The notes: a model not told the origin generated them from the letters alone. Shown: positions 38,049 to 51,831, counted from the first letter of the stretch. The stretch: 64,000 bases of DNA from an uncultured Actinomycetes bacterium (GCA_963732915.1 CAVTBF010000003.1:675970-739969), one strand, 5' to 3'. Made by a program: numbers and translations.

Positions 38049-38935
38049 CTACGCGCCGAGCAGCGAGACGAGCAGCGCCTTCTGCACGTGCAGCCGGTTC
38101 TCGGCCTCGTCCCAGATCGCCGAGCGCTCGCCGTACAGCACCTCCGCGGTGATCTCCTCGCCGGGGTGCGCGGGCAGGCAGTGCATCACGAACGCCCCGG
38201 CCGAGGCGAGCGCGAGCAGGTCGCGGTCGAGGCGGTACGGCTCGAGATCGGAGAGCCGCTTCGCCCGCTCGTGCTCCTGGCCCATCGAGATCCACGTGTC
38301 GGTGACGACGACGTCGGCGCCCTCGACGGCGGCCCGCGGATCGTCCGTCGTCTCGACGCCGGGCGCCTCGTAGCCCGCGGGCGAGGCGGCGACCACCGTG
38401 TAGCCGAGCAACTCCCCGAGCGCCGCGAGCGAGACGAGGACGTTCGAGCCGTCGCCGACCCACGCCACCCGCACCCCGCCGAGCCCGCCGAGCCGGTCGC
38501 GAATCGTCAGCGCATCGGCCAGCGCCTGGCACGGATGCTCGTCGGCGGTCAGCGCGTTGATCACCGGGATCGACGCCCACTCGGCCCACGCCTCGAGCTC
38601 CGCGTGCTCGTGCGTGCGTACCGCGAGCGCGTCGAGGTAGCGCGAGAAGACGCGCGCCGTGTCGGGCAGCGACTCGCCGCGCGAGAGCTGCAGCTCCTCG
38701 GGCGCGAGCGGCAGCGCCGCGCCGCCGAGCTGGGTCATCCCCGCCGTGAACGAGATCCGCGTGCGGGTCGAGTGCTTCGCGAAGTAGAGGCCGAGGGTCG
38801 CACCGGGGAGCAGCGGCTGCTTCGGGCTCTCGCGCAGCTCGACGGCGAGATCGAGGAGCGCCTCCGCCTCGGCCGACGACAGGTCGGAGGCGCGGAGGAA
38901 GTCACGACCGGCGAGCGAGGTCTCCGACACACTGC

Positions 38936-38939
<4 letters not shown>
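38049..38939 (-). CDS. argF: Ornithine carbamoyltransferase
   Basis: 296 aa. 'FAKHSTRTRISF', 'DEHPCQALAD', 'MHCLPAHPGEE'. Confidence 0.96.
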
Positions 38940-43077
<4,138 letters not shown>

Positions 43078-43081
<4 letters not shown>

Positions 43082-43785
43082 GCGAGCACCGCCGTCACGC
43101 CGATCTCCGCGACGAGCCCGCCCTTCGCGGCCTGCACCGCGGCGAGCAGCTTCGGGACGATGCCGCCCTCGAAGACGCCGTCGCCGATCAGCGCCTCGGC
43201 GTGCGCGACGCGGATCTCCGAGAGCAGCTCGCCACCGTGGAACACGCCCGGCACGTCGGTGAGGAAGAGCAGCCGCTCGGCGCCGAGCCCGACGGCGAGC
43301 GCCGCGGCGACCTCGTCGGCGTTCACATTGAGCGAACCGCCACCGCCACCGCAGGCGGCGGTGTCCGCCTGGCTGAAAGCCAGCGCGAGCGGTGTCACGA
43401 CGGGGACGCGGCCGGCGGCGAGTGCGGCGCTCACCGCGGGCGGCGAGGAGAGCCGGGCTGTCCCGACGAGGCCGAGCTCGGGGACGGCGTCCGCGAGCAG
43501 GCCGATCGCGTCCCCCTCGAGCGGAACGGCGTCCGGGCCGATCGCCGCGCAGACGGCGGCGTTGACCGCAGCCAGGCTCTCGCGCACGACCTCGAGCGCC
43601 TCGGGCGTCGTGTAGCGCCGGCCGCGGACGAACTGCACCTCGAGCCCGCGCCGCGCCATCTCCTCGGAGATCTGCGGGCCGGCGCCGTGGACGACGCAGA
43701 CGGCGTCGCCTGCGGCGCGGAGCTTCGCGACGGCGTCCGCGACACCCGCGGTCGACGCACCCCCGACTTTCAGCAGGACGGTCAT
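43078..43785 (-). CDS. argB: Acetylglutamate kinase
   Basis: 235 aa. 'LLKVGGAS', 'VCVVHGAGPQI', 'LNVNADEVAAALA', 'FLTDVPGV'. Confidence 0.93.
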
Positions 43786-44951
43786 GTCCGGTAGTCCGCG
43801 TTGATGCGGACGTAGTCGTAGGAGAGGTCGCTCGTGAGATAGCTCGCGGAGCCGGAGCCGAGCCCGAGGTCGAGGTCGATCGTGCAGCTCGGGCCCGTGA
43901 CGTCCGGCTCGGCCCACGAGGGGCGGCCGTGGTCGAGCACGACCGTGCCGTTGTAGCTCAGCGTCACGCGCTCCGGGTCGATGTCGGCATAGCCGCCGTT
44001 CCAGGGCGCCGAGCCGGCAGCCATCAGGACGCGGCCCCAGTTGGCGTCGTGGCCGAAGAGCGCGGTCTTGACGAGCGGCGAGGTGGCGATGCGGCGCGCG
44101 ATCGCCCGCGCCTGCGCGGTGTCGACGGCGCCGCTCACGGAGATCTCGGCGAGCACCGTCACACCCTCGCCGTCCTCGACGATCTGGCGCGACAGCGACC
44201 GGCAGGCCTCGAGCACGGCGGCGGCGAAAGCGGCGTCGCTCTCGGCGCTCCGCGCGATCCCGCTCACGCCGTTGGAGAGCAGGATCACGGTGTCGTTCGT
44301 CGAGCAGTCGCCGTCGACCGAGATCGCGTTGAACGTCTCGTCGACCGCCGGCCGGAGGACGTCGATCGCCTCGCCGGGCTCGAGCGGATAGTCGGTCGTG
44401 AGCACCGCGAGCATCGTCGCCAGGTCGGGATGGATCATCCCGGAGCCTTTCGCCATGCCGCCGACGACGAAGCCGTCGCCCACGACACGGGCCTCCTTCG
44501 GCCGCGTGTCCGTGGTCATGATCGCCTGCGCGGCGTCGTGCCCACCGTGAGGCCCGAGCGCAGCGGTGGCGTCGGCCAGGCCGGGAAGCAGGCGATCCAT
44601 CGGCAGCTGCACGCCGATCACGCCGGTCGAGAGGACGAGCACCTCCTCGGGCCGGAGCCCGAGCAGCCGCCCCGCCTCCGTCGCGGTTGCGGTCGCGTCG
44701 ACCCGGCCCTGCTCGCCCGTGGCCGAGTTGGCGACGCCGGAGTTGATCACGACGGCCTGCGGCTGGGCGTGCTGCAGATGCTCCCGGTTGACGAGCAGGC
44801 ACGCGGCCTGCACCTTGTTGCGGCTGAACATGGCCGCGCCGGTCGCAGGCGCCGTCGACCGCACGAGCGCGAGGTCACGCCGCTCGCGGTTGCGGCGGAT
44901 GCCGCAGTGGACGCCGCTCGCGAGGTACCCGGCCGCCGAGGTGACGCTCAT
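43782..44951 (-). CDS. argJ: Bifunctional ornithine acetyltransferase / N-acetylglutamate synthase
   Basis: 389 aa. 'GVHCGIR', 'MAKGSGMIHPDLATMLAVLTTD', 'SVDGDCSTNDT', 'GHDANWGR'. Confidence 0.95.
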   Translation of the reverse strand: MSVTSAAGYLASGVHCGIRRNRERRDLALVRSTAPATGAAMFSRNKVQAACLLVNREHLQHAQPQAVVINSGVANSATGEQGRVDATATATEAGRLLGLRPEEVLVLSTGVIGVQLPMDRLLPGLADATAALGPHGGHDAAQAIMTTDTRPKEARVVGDGFVVGGMAKGSGMIHPDLATMLAVLTTDYPLEPGEAIDVLRPAVDETFNAISVDGDCSTNDTVILLSNGVSGIARSAESDAAFAAAVLEACRSLSRQIVEDGEGVTVLAEISVSGAVDTAQARAIARRIATSPLVKTALFGHDANWGRVLMAAGSAPWNGGYADIDPERVTLSYNGTVVLDHGRPSWAEPDVTGPSCTIDLDLGLGSGSASYLTSDLSYDYVRINADYRT

Positions 44952-45940
44952 ACGAGCACTCCCGCGAGCCGCAGCCCGGCCGTCTCGTCGAGGCCGAGCG
45001 CGAGATTGGCGTTCTGGAGCGCCTGCCCGGCGGCGCCCTTGCCGAGGTTGTCGATCGCGGAGACGACGACCGCGCGGCCGGTGGCGCGATCCTCGAAGAC
45101 GCCGATCTCGGCGCCGTCGGTGTGCTGGACGCGCGCCAGCTCCGGCGCGACGCCCTCGGGCAGGACGCGCACGACCGGGCTCGACGCGTACGCCTCCTCG
45201 AGCAGGGAGCGCACGTCGCCGGTCGGGGTCACGTAGCAGGTGGCGAGCAGACCGCGCCGCACGGGCAGCAGGTGCGGGACGAAGCAGACGGGAAAGCCCA
45301 GCGCCTGCGCGATCTCGGGCGCGTGCTGGTGGCTGCCGACCTTGTAGGCGGAGAGGTTCTCGAGCACGAAGCCGGCGTGCGAGCTCGCCTTCAGCTCGCG
45401 GCCCGCCCCGGAGACGCCCGACTTCGCGTCGACGATCACGCTCCCGGGATCGACCGCGCCGGCGAGCGGGGCGAGCGCGAGGATCGCCGCGGTCGCGTAG
45501 CAGCCCGGGTTCGCGATCAGGTTGCCGGCGGGCGGGAAGAGCTCGGGCACGGCGTAGCTCCACTCGCCGAGCGAGCCGGGCTGCGGATGCTCGAAGCCGT
45601 ACCACGCGGGGTAGAGCTCGGCGTCCCGCAGCCGGTGCGCGCCGGAGAGGTCGACGACGACCGCGCCGGCGGGCGGCTCGAGCCGGGCGGCGCGGTCGTG
45701 GCCCAGGCACGCGAAGACGACGTCGGCGTCGGCGGCGAGCGCCTCCGCATTCGAGACGAACGCGGGCAGCGAGCCGTTGAGCCGGACGTCGAGCGCCGAG
45801 GCGGGGCTGCCGGCGAGCGAGTCGGAGCCGAGGGCGAGGATCTCCATGCCCGGATGCCGCAGCACGCGGTCGAGCATCTCCTGGCCGGAGTAGCCGGAGG
45901 CGCCCACGATGGCGGCGGTGATGTGCACTGCGTCGTTCAC
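44948..45940 (-). CDS. argC: N-acetyl-gamma-glutamyl-phosphate reductase
   Basis: 330 aa. 'AAIVGASGYSGQEM', 'IANPGCYATAAILAL'. GTG 45940 (alternative GTG at 45928). Confidence 0.95.
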   Translation of the reverse strand: MNDAVHITAAIVGASGYSGQEMLDRVLRHPGMEILALGSDSLAGSPASALDVRLNGSLPAFVSNAEALAADADVVFACLGHDRAARLEPPAGAVVVDLSGAHRLRDAELYPAWYGFEHPQPGSLGEWSYAVPELFPPAGNLIANPGCYATAAILALAPLAGAVDPGSVIVDAKSGVSGAGRELKASSHAGFVLENLSAYKVGSHQHAPEIAQALGFPVCFVPHLLPVRRGLLATCYVTPTGDVRSLLEEAYASSPVVRVLPEGVAPELARVQHTDGAEIGVFEDRATGRAVVVSAIDNLGKGAAGQALQNANLALGLDETAGLRLAGVLV

Positions 45941-45992
45941 GTTCGCATATTACGCGAAGAACCGCATATTACGCAAGAGGGAATCGTCAGCG
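45941..45992. promoter_or_regulatory. Divergent argC/hypF control region with two direct CGCATATTACGC repeats (candidate ARG boxes)
   Basis: Repeats at 45944..45955 and 45963..45974 (19-bp period). Minus strand: TTGCGT-18-TAATAT-6-GTG(argC). Plus strand: TTCGCA-17-CATATT, then 22 nt to the hypF ATG. Confidence 0.55.
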
Positions 45993-48161
45993 ATGATGCG
46001 CGGGATGGAACGCAGGCGCATCCGCGTCACCGGCATCGTGCAGGGCGTCGGCTTCCGGCCGTTCGTCTACGGCGTGGCGCGGCATCTCGGCGTCGCGGGC
46101 TTCGTCCTGAACGACGGCGACGGCGTCCTGATCGAGGCCGAGGGCGACGCGGCGCTGCTCGACGAGCTCGAGCGGGCGCTGCATGAAGAGCCGCCGCCGA
46201 TCGCGCGCGTCGAGTCGGTCGCTGCGGAGCGGATCGCGCCGCTCGAGGAGCGCGGCTTCCGGATCGAGCCGAGCGCGCCGAGCGGCCGCAGCGCGCTGAT
46301 CCCCGCCGACCTCGCGACGTGCGACGACTGCCTGCGCGAGCTCTTCGACCCGGCCGACCGCCGCTACCGCTACCCGTTCGTCAACTGCACGCAGTGCGGG
46401 CCCCGCTTCACGATCGTCACCGCGTCGCCGTACGACCGGCCGTCGACGACGATGGCCGGGTTCCCGCTGTGCGCCGACTGCCGGCGCGAGTACGAGGATC
46501 CGTCCGACCGCCGCTTCCACGCCGAGCCGATCGCCTGCCCGGTGTGCGGGCCGCGGCTCTCGCTGCCGCTCGAGGAAGCGGTCGGGTTGCTGCGCGCCGG
46601 GGCGATCGTCGCCGTCAAGGGGCTGGGCGGGTACCACCTCGCCTGCGACGCGGCGAACGAGGAGGCGGTCGCGCGGCTGCGCGCGCGGAAGCTGCGCGAG
46701 GACAAGCCGTTCGCGGTGATGACGCGCGATCCCGATGCGCTGTGCGAGGTCGGAGACGCCGAGCGGGCGCTGCTCGAGTCGCGCGAGCGGCCGATCGTGC
46801 TGTGCCGGCGTCGGGCCGGCGCGGCGGTCGCCGGCTCGGTCGCGCCGGGCAACCCGTGGCTCGGCGTGCTGCTGCCGTACACGCCGCTCCACCACCTGCT
46901 GCTCGCGGAGACGGGCGGAGCGCTCGTCATGACGAGCGGCAACCGCTCGGACGAGCCGATCGCGACCGGCGACGAGGAGGCGCGCGAGCGGCTGGGCGGG
47001 ATCGCCGACGCCTTCCTCGCGCACGACCGGCCGATCCACCGGCGCTGCGAGGACTCGGTCGTGCGGGCCGCGTTCCCGATCCGGCGCTCGCGCGGCTACG
47101 TACCGTCCGCGCTCGCGCTGCCGGTCGCCGCGCCACGGCCGGTCGTCGCGGCGGGGCCCGAGCTGAAGGCGACGTTCTGCGTCGCGCGCGGCGGCGAGGC
47201 GTTTCTCTCGCCGCACCTCGGCGATCTCGACGGCGAGCTCGCGTATCGCGCCTTCCTCGCCGACCTGGAGCTCTACACGGCCATGCTCGGCGTGCGACCC
47301 GAGGCGATCGCGCACGATCTCCATCCCGAGTACCTCGCGACGAAGTGGGCGCTCTCCCAGGAGGCGGAGCTCGTCGGCGTCCAGCACCATCACGCGCACG
47401 CGGCTGCCTGCCTCGCGGAGCACGGCGAGACCGGGCCGGCGCTCGCGCTCGTCTTCGACGGCACCGGTTACGGCACCGACGGGACGCTCTGGGGCGGCGA
47501 GCTGCTGCGCTGCGACCTCGCCGGCTTCGAGCGGGTCGCGCACCTCGAGCCGGTGCCGCTGCCGGGCGGCGAGGCGGCGATCCGCGAGCCGTGGCGCGTT
47601 GCGGCCGTGCATCTCGAGCTCGCCGGGCGGCCGGTGCGATGGGAGCGCTGGCGGGAGGTTCGGGCGTCGCTCGCCGTGAACGCGCCGCCGTCGTCGGGGA
47701 TGGGGCGTCTCTTCGACGCCGTCGCCGCCCTGCTCGGCGTTCGCGACGAGGCGACCTACGAGGGCCAGGCCGCGATCGAGCTGGAGCTGCTCGCCGGCGA
47801 CAGCGAGGCCGGGCCCTATCCGTGGCGTTTCGGCAGCGGCGTCGAGCTCGTGGCCGCGCTTCACGACGACCTGGCCGCCGGCCGCGACCGGCGCGAGCTG
47901 GCGGCCGCGTTCCACGAGACGGTCGCGGCAGCCGCGGCGGAGGCGTGCGCCGAGGCTGCCGAGCCGCGCGTCGCCGTCCTCTCGGGCGGCACGTTCCAGA
48001 ACCTGCGGCTGCTCGCCTCGACCCGCCGCCGGCTCGAGGAACACGGCTTCCGCGTGCTCGCCCACCGCCGCGTCCCGCCGAACGACGGCGGCGTCAGCTA
48101 CGGCCAGGCCGCGGTCGCCGCCGCCCGCCTCGCCGGCGGGACCTGGCCCGATCGGCCATGA
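45993..48161 (+). CDS. hypF: [NiFe]-hydrogenase maturation carbamoyltransferase HypF
   Basis: Acylphosphatase domain 'IRVTGIVQGVGFRPFVY', two zinc fingers 'CDDCLRE...CTQCGPRF' and 'CADCRRE...CPVCGP', YrdC-like 'VKGLGGYHLACDA', Kae1-like C-terminus. Start set at ATG 45993; the track ORF opens at 45909. Confidence 0.93.
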   Translation: MMRGMERRRIRVTGIVQGVGFRPFVYGVARHLGVAGFVLNDGDGVLIEAEGDAALLDELERALHEEPPPIARVESVAAERIAPLEERGFRIEPSAPSGRSALIPADLATCDDCLRELFDPADRRYRYPFVNCTQCGPRFTIVTASPYDRPSTTMAGFPLCADCRREYEDPSDRRFHAEPIACPVCGPRLSLPLEEAVGLLRAGAIVAVKGLGGYHLACDAANEEAVARLRARKLREDKPFAVMTRDPDALCEVGDAERALLESRERPIVLCRRRAGAAVAGSVAPGNPWLGVLLPYTPLHHLLLAETGGALVMTSGNRSDEPIATGDEEARERLGGIADAFLAHDRPIHRRCEDSVVRAAFPIRRSRGYVPSALALPVAAPRPVVAAGPELKATFCVARGGEAFLSPHLGDLDGELAYRAFLADLELYTAMLGVRPEAIAHDLHPEYLATKWALSQEAELVGVQHHHAHAAACLAEHGETGPALALVFDGTGYGTDGTLWGGELLRCDLAGFERVAHLEPVPLPGGEAAIREPWRVAAVHLELAGRPVRWERWREVRASLAVNAPPSSGMGRLFDAVAALLGVRDEATYEGQAAIELELLAGDSEAGPYPWRFGSGVELVAALHDDLAAGRDRRELAAAFHETVAAAAAEACAEAAEPRVAVLSGGTFQNLRLLASTRRRLEEHGFRVLAHRRVPPNDGGVSYGQAAVAAARLAGGTWPDRP

Positions 48162-48290
48162 CCGGGGTCTGACCCCAGACACGCCTCGAACGGACGCGTC
48201 CGTTCGAGGCATCGAGCACTGTCCGCCTCAATGTTGTGGCGGGAGCCATGTCCCGCCGGGAGATGGCCGGGGTCAGACCCCGGACATGGC
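48155..48290. repeat. 136-bp palindromic element with 22-bp terminal inverted repeats, an internal 28-bp perfect palindrome and a further hairpin
   Basis: Left inverted repeat (IR-L) GCCATGACCGGGGTCTGACCCC (48155..48176). Right inverted repeat (IR-R) at 48269..48290 is its reverse complement with 1 mismatch. GCCTCGAACGGACGCGTCCGTTCGAGGC at 48183..48210. GGCGGGA-GCCATG-TCCCGCC at 48238..48257. Confidence 0.8.
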
Positions 48291-48351
48291 TGTGCGAGCC
48301 GTATGCCCGGAGCACGGTGAGATCCGTCTAGCATCGAGGCGTGGCTCCGGT

Positions 48352-49548
48352 ATGAGGCTCGGGATCGACAGGCGCGGGATGACGACGCTCTCCGGCGGTC
48401 ACCTCGCGGTCGACTTCGCCTCCGGCTCCGTGCCGGCGCTGATTCCGTTCCTCACCGACAAGTTCGACCTGAGCTACGCGCTCGCGGCGCTGCTGCTGCT
48501 CGCGGTGACCATCTCGTCCTCACTCGTGCAGCCGCTGTTCGGACTGCTCTCCGACCGGCGCGGCGCGCTCTGGCTGATCCCCGGCGGCACGCTCCTCGCG
48601 GCGGTCGGCGTCGGCGCTGCGGCCGTCTCGCCCACCTACCCGCTCGTCGTCGTGCTCGTGTTCGCGGGCGGGCTCGGCGTCGCCGCGTTCCACCCCGAGG
48701 GCGCGAAGCACGCCGCCTACGCCTCGGGCCGCAAGCGCGCGAGCGGCATGTCGTACTTCAACATCGGCGGCAACACGGGCTTCGCGCTCGGCGCCTTCGC
48801 CACCGGCCAGCTCGTCGTCTGGCTCGGTCTCGCCGGCGGGCTCGCCGCGATGGCGCCGGTGCTCGCGATCGCGCTCTGGCTCGCCCGCGAGACGCCGCGG
48901 ATCCGCGAGCTGAAGCCGGAGGAGCCCGGTGCGGCCACCGACCGCGGCGACGACCGGCGCGCGGCGATGGCGACCCTCAGCGGCGTGATCGCGCTGCGCA
49001 GCGTCTCCTGGTTCACGCTGCTCGCGTTCGTTCCCCTCTGGGTCGTCTCGCTCGGCCATTCGAAGGCGGACGGAAACAGGCTCCTCTTCCTGATGCTGCT
49101 CGCGGGCGCGGCGGGAACGCTGCTGCTCGGGCCGGTCGCCGACCGGATCGGCCTGCGCCGCACGCTGACGCTGACGCAGGCGCTGATCCCGCCCGCGGTG
49201 CTCGTCTTCATCTACGTCGGCGGCGTCCCCGGCACGCTCGCGCTGATGCTCGTCGGCGTTTGCACGGTCGGCTCGTTCGGGGTGACGATGGTGCTGAGCC
49301 AGCTCTACCTGCCGCGCCACGTCGGCATGGCGTCCGGCCTCTCGGTCGGGCTCGCGATGGGGATCGGCGGGCTCGCGGCGGTCGTCCTCGGCGCGGTCGC
49401 GGACGCGATCGACCTGAAGGCGGCGCTGACGATCTGCGCGCTCGCGCCCGCGTTCGGGCTCCTCTTCTGCTTGCGGCTCCCCGCGCCCGCGGCGCGCGCC
49501 CAGGCCGCGGTCGAGCCGTCGCCTCAGACGCTCTCGAGCCCGACGTAG
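48352..49548 (+). CDS. MFS transporter
   Basis: About 398 aa with 12 predicted TMs. 'LFGLLSDRRG' motif-A-like loop. Start set at ATG 48352; the track ORF opens at ATG 48286 inside IR-R. Confidence 0.88.
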   Translation: MRLGIDRRGMTTLSGGHLAVDFASGSVPALIPFLTDKFDLSYALAALLLLAVTISSSLVQPLFGLLSDRRGALWLIPGGTLLAAVGVGAAAVSPTYPLVVVLVFAGGLGVAAFHPEGAKHAAYASGRKRASGMSYFNIGGNTGFALGAFATGQLVVWLGLAGGLAAMAPVLAIALWLARETPRIRELKPEEPGAATDRGDDRRAAMATLSGVIALRSVSWFTLLAFVPLWVVSLGHSKADGNRLLFLMLLAGAAGTLLLGPVADRIGLRRTLTLTQALIPPAVLVFIYVGGVPGTLALMLVGVCTVGSFGVTMVLSQLYLPRHVGMASGLSVGLAMGIGGLAAVVLGAVADAIDLKAALTICALAPAFGLLFCLRLPAPAARAQAAVEPSPQTLSSPT

Positions 49549-50696
49549 TTCTCCGACAGCGCCTTCGCCTGCGCCTCGGAGGTCGTCACGTACCGCAGCT
49601 GCGACCGCTGCAGCCGCAGGTCGAACGGATCGGAGCCCGGCGGCAGATGCAGCATCGTCGTCATCCACCACGAGAAGTGCTCGGCCCGCCAGACCCGCCG
49701 CAGGCAGGCGTCCGAGTAGGAGTCGAGCAGCGCCTCGTCCCCGCTCTCGTAGAACCGGACGAGCGCCTCGCCGAGCAGCCGCACGTCCTGGATCGCGAGA
49801 TTCAGGCCCTTCGCGCCCGTCGGCGGGACGATGTGGGCCGCGTCGCCGGCGAGGAAGAGGCGGCCGTGCCGGAGCGGCTCGCAGACATAGCTGCGCATCC
49901 GCGTCACGTCCTTCTCGAGGATCGGCCCCCGCTCGAGCGACCAGCCGGGAACGGCGGTGCGCGCCTCCAGCTCGTCCCAGATCCGCTCGTCCGGCCATTC
50001 GTCGAGGTTCTCGTCGGGCGCGCACTGGAGGTAGTAGCGCGACAGCGTCGGCGAGCGGAGCGAGAGGAGCGCGAACCCGTTCTCGGTGTGCGCGTAGACG
50101 AGCTCGTCGATCGAGGGCGCGACCGGCGCGAGGATGCCGAGCCAGCCGTACGGATACTCGCGCGAGAACTCGCGCAGCGCGTCGGCCGGGATCGCCTGGC
50201 GGCAGATGCCGTGGAAGCCGTCGCAGCCGGCGATCACGTCGCACTCGAGCTCCGACTCGACGCCCTCGTGGCGGTAGCGGATCCGCGGCCGCGAGCCGTC
50301 GAGCGCCTCGACAGCGAGCCCTTCCGCCTCGAAGAGGAGCGGCAGACCGCTCTCGACGCGGGCGGCGATCAGGTCCTTCGTCACCTCGGTCTGGCCGTAG
50401 ATGACGATCGTGCGGCCGCCCGTCAGGTCGCTCATCGGCACGCGGTGCCGCTCGCCGTCGAACTGGAGCGAGATGCCGTGGTGGACGAGCCCCTCGCTCG
50501 CCAGCCGCGCGCCGACTCCCGCCTCGGTCAGGAGGTCGACCGACCCCTGCTCGAGCACCCCGGCGCGAATCCGGGCCTCGCAGTACTCCCGGCTGCGCGA
50601 CTCGAGGATCACCGACTCGACGCCCGCGTTCTCGAGCAGCCGCGCAAGCGTCAGCCCGGCCGGGCCCGCACCGACGATTCCCACCTGTGTCCTCAT
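49524..50696 (-). CDS. pobA: 4-hydroxybenzoate 3-monooxygenase
   Basis: 390 aa. 'VGIVGAGPAGLTLARLL', 'CDGFHGICR', 'LAGDAAHIVPPTGAKGLNLAIQD'. ATGA overlap with pcaC. Confidence 0.95.
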   Translation of the reverse strand: MRTQVGIVGAGPAGLTLARLLENAGVESVILESRSREYCEARIRAGVLEQGSVDLLTEAGVGARLASEGLVHHGISLQFDGERHRVPMSDLTGGRTIVIYGQTEVTKDLIAARVESGLPLLFEAEGLAVEALDGSRPRIRYRHEGVESELECDVIAGCDGFHGICRQAIPADALREFSREYPYGWLGILAPVAPSIDELVYAHTENGFALLSLRSPTLSRYYLQCAPDENLDEWPDERIWDELEARTAVPGWSLERGPILEKDVTRMRSYVCEPLRHGRLFLAGDAAHIVPPTGAKGLNLAIQDVRLLGEALVRFYESGDEALLDSYSDACLRRVWRAEHFSWWMTTMLHLPPGSDPFDLRLQRSQLRYVTTSEAQAKALSENYVGLESV

Positions 50697-51067
50697 TCCT
50701 CTGCGAGCACCTCCTGCGCGATCGCGAACGCGCGGTTCGCCGCCGGCACGCCGCAGTAGATCGCAGCCTGCAGCAGGATCTCCTTGATCTCGTCCGGCGT
50801 CAGCCCGTTGCGGCGGGCGGCGCGAACGTGCATCGCCAGCTCGTGCTGGTGGTTGAGCGCGGTCAACGCGGTGAGCGTGACCGCGCTGCGCATCCGCCGG
50901 TCGAGCCCGGGACGCGACCAGATCTCGCCCCACGCGTAGCGCGAGATGAAATCCTGGAAGTCGGCCGTGAACGCGGTCGTACCGGCGATCGCCGCGTCGA
51001 CGTGGCTCTCGCCGAGCACCTCGCGACGCGTCTTCATGCCCTGCTCTTTGCGCTGCTCGTCGTTCAC
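50693..51067 (-). CDS. pcaC: 4-carboxymuconolactone decarboxylase
   Basis: 124 aa. 'FQDFISRYAWGEIWSRPGLD', 'ELAMHVRAARRNGLTPDEIKEILLQAAIYCGVPAA'. Confidence 0.93.
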   Translation of the reverse strand: MNDEQRKEQGMKTRREVLGESHVDAAIAGTTAFTADFQDFISRYAWGEIWSRPGLDRRMRSAVTLTALTALNHQHELAMHVRAARRNGLTPDEIKEILLQAAIYCGVPAANRAFAIAQEVLAEE

Positions 51068-51831
51068 GCCGCCTCCTTCAGATGTCGCAGGGCCGCCTCG
51101 GCGAACTCGGCCGGGCGCTCGAGGTTGCCGAGGTGCGCCGCGCCCTCGATCGTGACGAGCCTCGCGCCCGGGATCCGCTCGGCGAGCAGGTCGGTGTCGG
51201 GCTTCGGCGTCGCCTCGTCCTCGCTCGTCGCGACCACGAGCGTCGGCACCGAGACGCCGGCGAGGCGGTCGCGGAAGTCCCAGCCGGCGAGCGCCTCGCA
51301 GCAGCCCGCGTACCCCTCGACCGAGGTGTCGAGGAGGATCTCGCGGAACCGCTCCGGCAGCTCGGGCCGCTCACGGAACGTCTCGGCGGTGAACCAGCGG
51401 CCGACCACCGCGTCGGCGACCGGCTCGAGCCCCTGCTCGCGCACGAACCCGGCGCGCTCGCGGTAGGCGTCCGGTGCGCCGACCTGCGCTGCCGTGCAGG
51501 CGAGCACGAGCGCGTCGAGCCGGTCCGGCGCGTTCGCTCCGAGCCACATCCCCACCATGCCGCCGAGCGAGACCCCGCACCAGGACGCACGCGCCGCCCC
51601 GACCTCGTCGAGCAGCTCGATCGCGTCGCGGGCGAGCTCCGCCATCGAGTACGGCCCCGGCGGGGCCGGCGAGTCGCCGTGGCCGCGATGCTCGTACCGG
51701 AGCACGCGGAACTCGCGTGCGAACGCGTCGAGCTGCGGCGCCCACAGCTCGCGGGTCGTCCCGAGCGAGCTCGGCAGGACGAGGACGGGCGCGTCGGCCG
51801 GCCCGTCGAACCGATGGGCGAGCAAGGTCAC
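51064..51831 (-). CDS. pcaD: 3-oxoadipate enol-lactonase
   Basis: 255 aa alpha/beta hydrolase. 'LVLPSSLGTT', 'WCGVSLGGMVG', 'GAAHLGNLERP'. GTGA overlap with pcaB. Confidence 0.9.
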   Translation of the reverse strand: MTLLAHRFDGPADAPVLVLPSSLGTTRELWAPQLDAFAREFRVLRYEHRGHGDSPAPPGPYSMAELARDAIELLDEVGAARASWCGVSLGGMVGMWLGANAPDRLDALVLACTAAQVGAPDAYRERAGFVREQGLEPVADAVVGRWFTAETFRERPELPERFREILLDTSVEGYAGCCEALAGWDFRDRLAGVSVPTLVVATSEDEATPKPDTDLLAERIPGARLVTIEGAAHLGNLERPAEFAEAALRHLKEAA

